64,000 nt of DNA from Eremomyces bilateralis CBS 781.70 (lineage: Eukaryota). The position numbers and the translations under genes were made by a program. The stretch lies in NCBI GenBank assembly GCA_010015585.1, contig ML975175.1. The stretch is one strand, 5' to 3'. The notes under the pieces were generated by a model. The model did no database searches and was not told the DNA's origin. It saw only the letters and a list, made by a program, of their open reading frames with translations. Positions 61,611 through 64,000 of the stretch are shown here, in pieces (the first letter of the stretch is position 1; every line of letters starts with the position of its first letter).

Positions 61611-64000
61611 TCACTGCTCTTCCGTGATCCCCTCGCCTCCGCTCTCCCGCCAGTCCCGGCTCTTTTGCACGCACCGCCCCACCCCGTCCACCCTCGCCGC
61701 CCACATCCCCTCAATCTTACTGCGAAACGTGTACCCGCGCTGGCTCGAGATGACGCCAATGGCTTGTAGCACGGCCTTGCGCGCGTCCCTCCCAAACACT
61801 GCCGGGTGCAGGATCCACTCCAGTGCGCTCTCCAGCTCCGCATCCAACGCTGCCATGGTGGTCTGATCAATCCCGGTCGGTGCGGGCGCCAGCGGGTGCG
61901 GTGCAGGCATGTTGGGCGGTGGCGACGGTGTGTGCTGTCGGGGTGGCGTATTGGAAGAGACACCTGGATTGGGGGTGGTAGGAGTGGACCCAGTAGCCTG
62001 GTCCCTGATCGACGGGGCGTTGCCGCTGACGGGGGAATTGTTGCTCTGCGAGCGGGTGCTGGAGGCGTGGCCGTTAGTGCTCTGCGGTGGCGGGGGGAGA
62101 GGCGGGAGGCCGCCTTTGCCGAGCCCTTTGAGGATGGAGCGGGTTTCGGAGAGGAGATGGTGGGCGCGTTCGTGTTGCCCGCGGGAAATGAGGGTGAGGG
62201 CACGGGTAAGCATATCAGAGGTGAGGAGTTCCATGCGGCGTTGGACGACGAAGGGGTGAGGTGGGATGGGGGGCGAGAGAGGGCGAACCAGGGACTTGGT
62301 CCGGCTGTTGGACGGGAGCATCGTGATGGTGAGGAGGGACGGTCGGGGGAGATGGGCAACGGTGCCGTCGCGTAGAATGTCACCGTAGACGAGGTCTGCT
62401 TGGATCAAGGGGACTTCTTCGACGGAGAGATTGCGCTGGTCCTCGGAATCGAATGGACCTCCAAGAGCCTCCAGGCCAGACACCAAGGATTCCCATGCGT
62501 CTTGTGGTGTTTGCTCCGGCGACGCGCTGTCCGGTGCAATCGCAAGTTGTACCAGGATGTCACGCTTGTCGCCAAACCGCAGATCCCCAAGAGCAGCTTC
62601 GGCGTCCCTCCCGGTTGCGCGTTTGGTGATGTGCAAGGCGCCGCTGATCTTGACAAACCTTGCAGGCGAACCTTCGGGGAGACGCAGTTTGAGCTTCGCG
62701 TTTTGATGCGAAGTCGTCTGCAGGGAGCCCAAGCACCCAGCCACGCATTCGCGAAGCATCATCCAATCTTTGACGTATGTGTACGAGGCTTTGGTTCTCG
62801 TTGACAACTCGATCATCGTGTCCGGCTTGTGGGTAAGACCGAGTCCGAACGAGTGGATGGCGACTTTGGCAGCCTCAGCTCGAGAGACCACGAAATCCAC
62901 ACTCTCAGGGTCGGAAGTTGATGAATCGCTGATCAAAAGAATGCTCGAGAGAGGGTTGGTGGACTTCCGTTGCATCAAGAGGTCCATTGCGACGTTGGCA
63001 CCCTCGACTACGTCCGCCCGCAAGCTCTTTTGTCCCACCGGTCGAATCGAGTCCAGAATCTTGTTCCAGCCATTCCACGTCTTCCCGGTCATCCCGACCA
63101 ACGGCACGCCGCCTCCGCTTGAACCGAAGGTGACGAGGCCCATACGGTCACGTTCGCCCAGGTTTCCAACGAGGAAGCGGAGAGTGTCGCGGAGGAGGTT
63201 GATCTTGAGGCCTTGCATCGAAGACGAAACCGGAATGACAACCACCAGGTCGAGGGGAACGTGGGGAGAGACGATCATTCGCTGATCGATGGAGCCCATA
63301 CGGGAGTATTCGGTGGGTGCGGTGTGGTAGGATCGGCCACCGCCGTACGAGGAGGAATTGACGGAAGAAACCCGTTTGACTTTGTTGAAGGAATTCCTGT
63401 ACTCGTCCTCGTCGGTTCCAGAGTTTTCTTGGTCATAATCGTTCGACCCTTGTTGTTCTAAGCCATTGAGATCTAACAGAGCCCGCCGCCACATCTCCAG
63501 CTGACCACGATTTTGGAACTTGAGATGGAATGAGGGGAGTTCGGGAACGGAGAGCGCAAGGGTGAGGACAGGTTCGGGCTCGTCTGCACAAGTCAGCGTC
63601 CACTATCAGTATTGGGTTAGAGATGGAGGCCTACCTTGGGAGGCTTGCACGTTTTGTAAATGCTTTCGAATCAAGATCGAGCCCTTCAAGGTGCATTTGG
63701 TCTTCTTCATCACCGAATCCGACCCGTCCCATGTTGGTGGATTAGCGACCTTCTTCTCTTTCACACAGATCAGCATTTCGGTGAATAGGTAGCACTCCAA
63801 ATCCTGCCAAGATTGTCGATCCTTGCCCACGCGGATCTGGCCATGCAGCCTCAATTTTCCGAATCTACAGACATTAGAGAGAAACCTGGAAACTCGATCC
63901 ACGATCCAGTCCATACCTTGAGAAGTCCAGGCCGTGCCAGTGATCGACACGTTTTTGCAATTCGTCCGTGATCGAATCGAGCTCTTCCTGCGATTGGCGT
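61611..64000 (-). CDS. PH-like + von Willebrand A domain protein (Far1/Ste5-like scaffold architecture; 5' part outside window)
   Basis: FGKLRLHG...ECYLFTEMLICVKEKK PH-like segment; PLDLVVVIPVSSSMQGLKI, DRMGLVTF, ILLISDS, IHSFGLG vWA; intron 63584-63634. Confidence 0.85.

Noticed and set aside
1..64000. tRNA/rRNA genes, secondary-metabolite backbone genes, TGA-CTA readthrough peroxisomal signals
   Set aside because: None seen by eye; a tRNAscan/Infernal run would be needed to exclude small RNAs fully

Overview
Gene-dense eukaryotic DNA from a filamentous ascomycete (Pezizomycotina; a Dothideomycete-like origin is my inference, not proven). It has short introns with CTRAC-type branch sites. 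I can support about 29 protein-coding genes, mostly housekeeping: a NIPA Mg transporter, VMA4, CHS5, an EutQ-like cupin, DJ-1, Rab escort protein, a PMP20-type peroxiredoxin, a Zn2Cys6 transcription factor, DUF1348, a roadblock protein, IPI1, a large RRM protein, FMP46, a membrane/DUF3431 protein, a Nudix hydrolase, MRH4, BUD4, PTH2, SNX41, GluRS, LIS1/nudF, MAPEG, TMEM170, PEX8, two tandem F-box-like genes, MRPL16, RFC1 and a PH-vWA protein. Features the ORF track does not show: (1) a box C/D snoRNA in the Rab escort gene intron, with a U34/snR62-like guide and a possible second 18S guide; (2) an intact 491-bp hAT-type non-autonomous transposon with perfect 18-bp TIRs and an 8-bp TSD; (3) three GC-AG introns; (4) a 210-nt stop-free in-frame intron in BUD4; (5) a recurrent GCCTSAGGC palindrome in divergent promoters; (6) an atypical GluRS head-to-head with a possibly second-copy LIS1. 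All family assignments come from my recognition of motifs; no database search was run.
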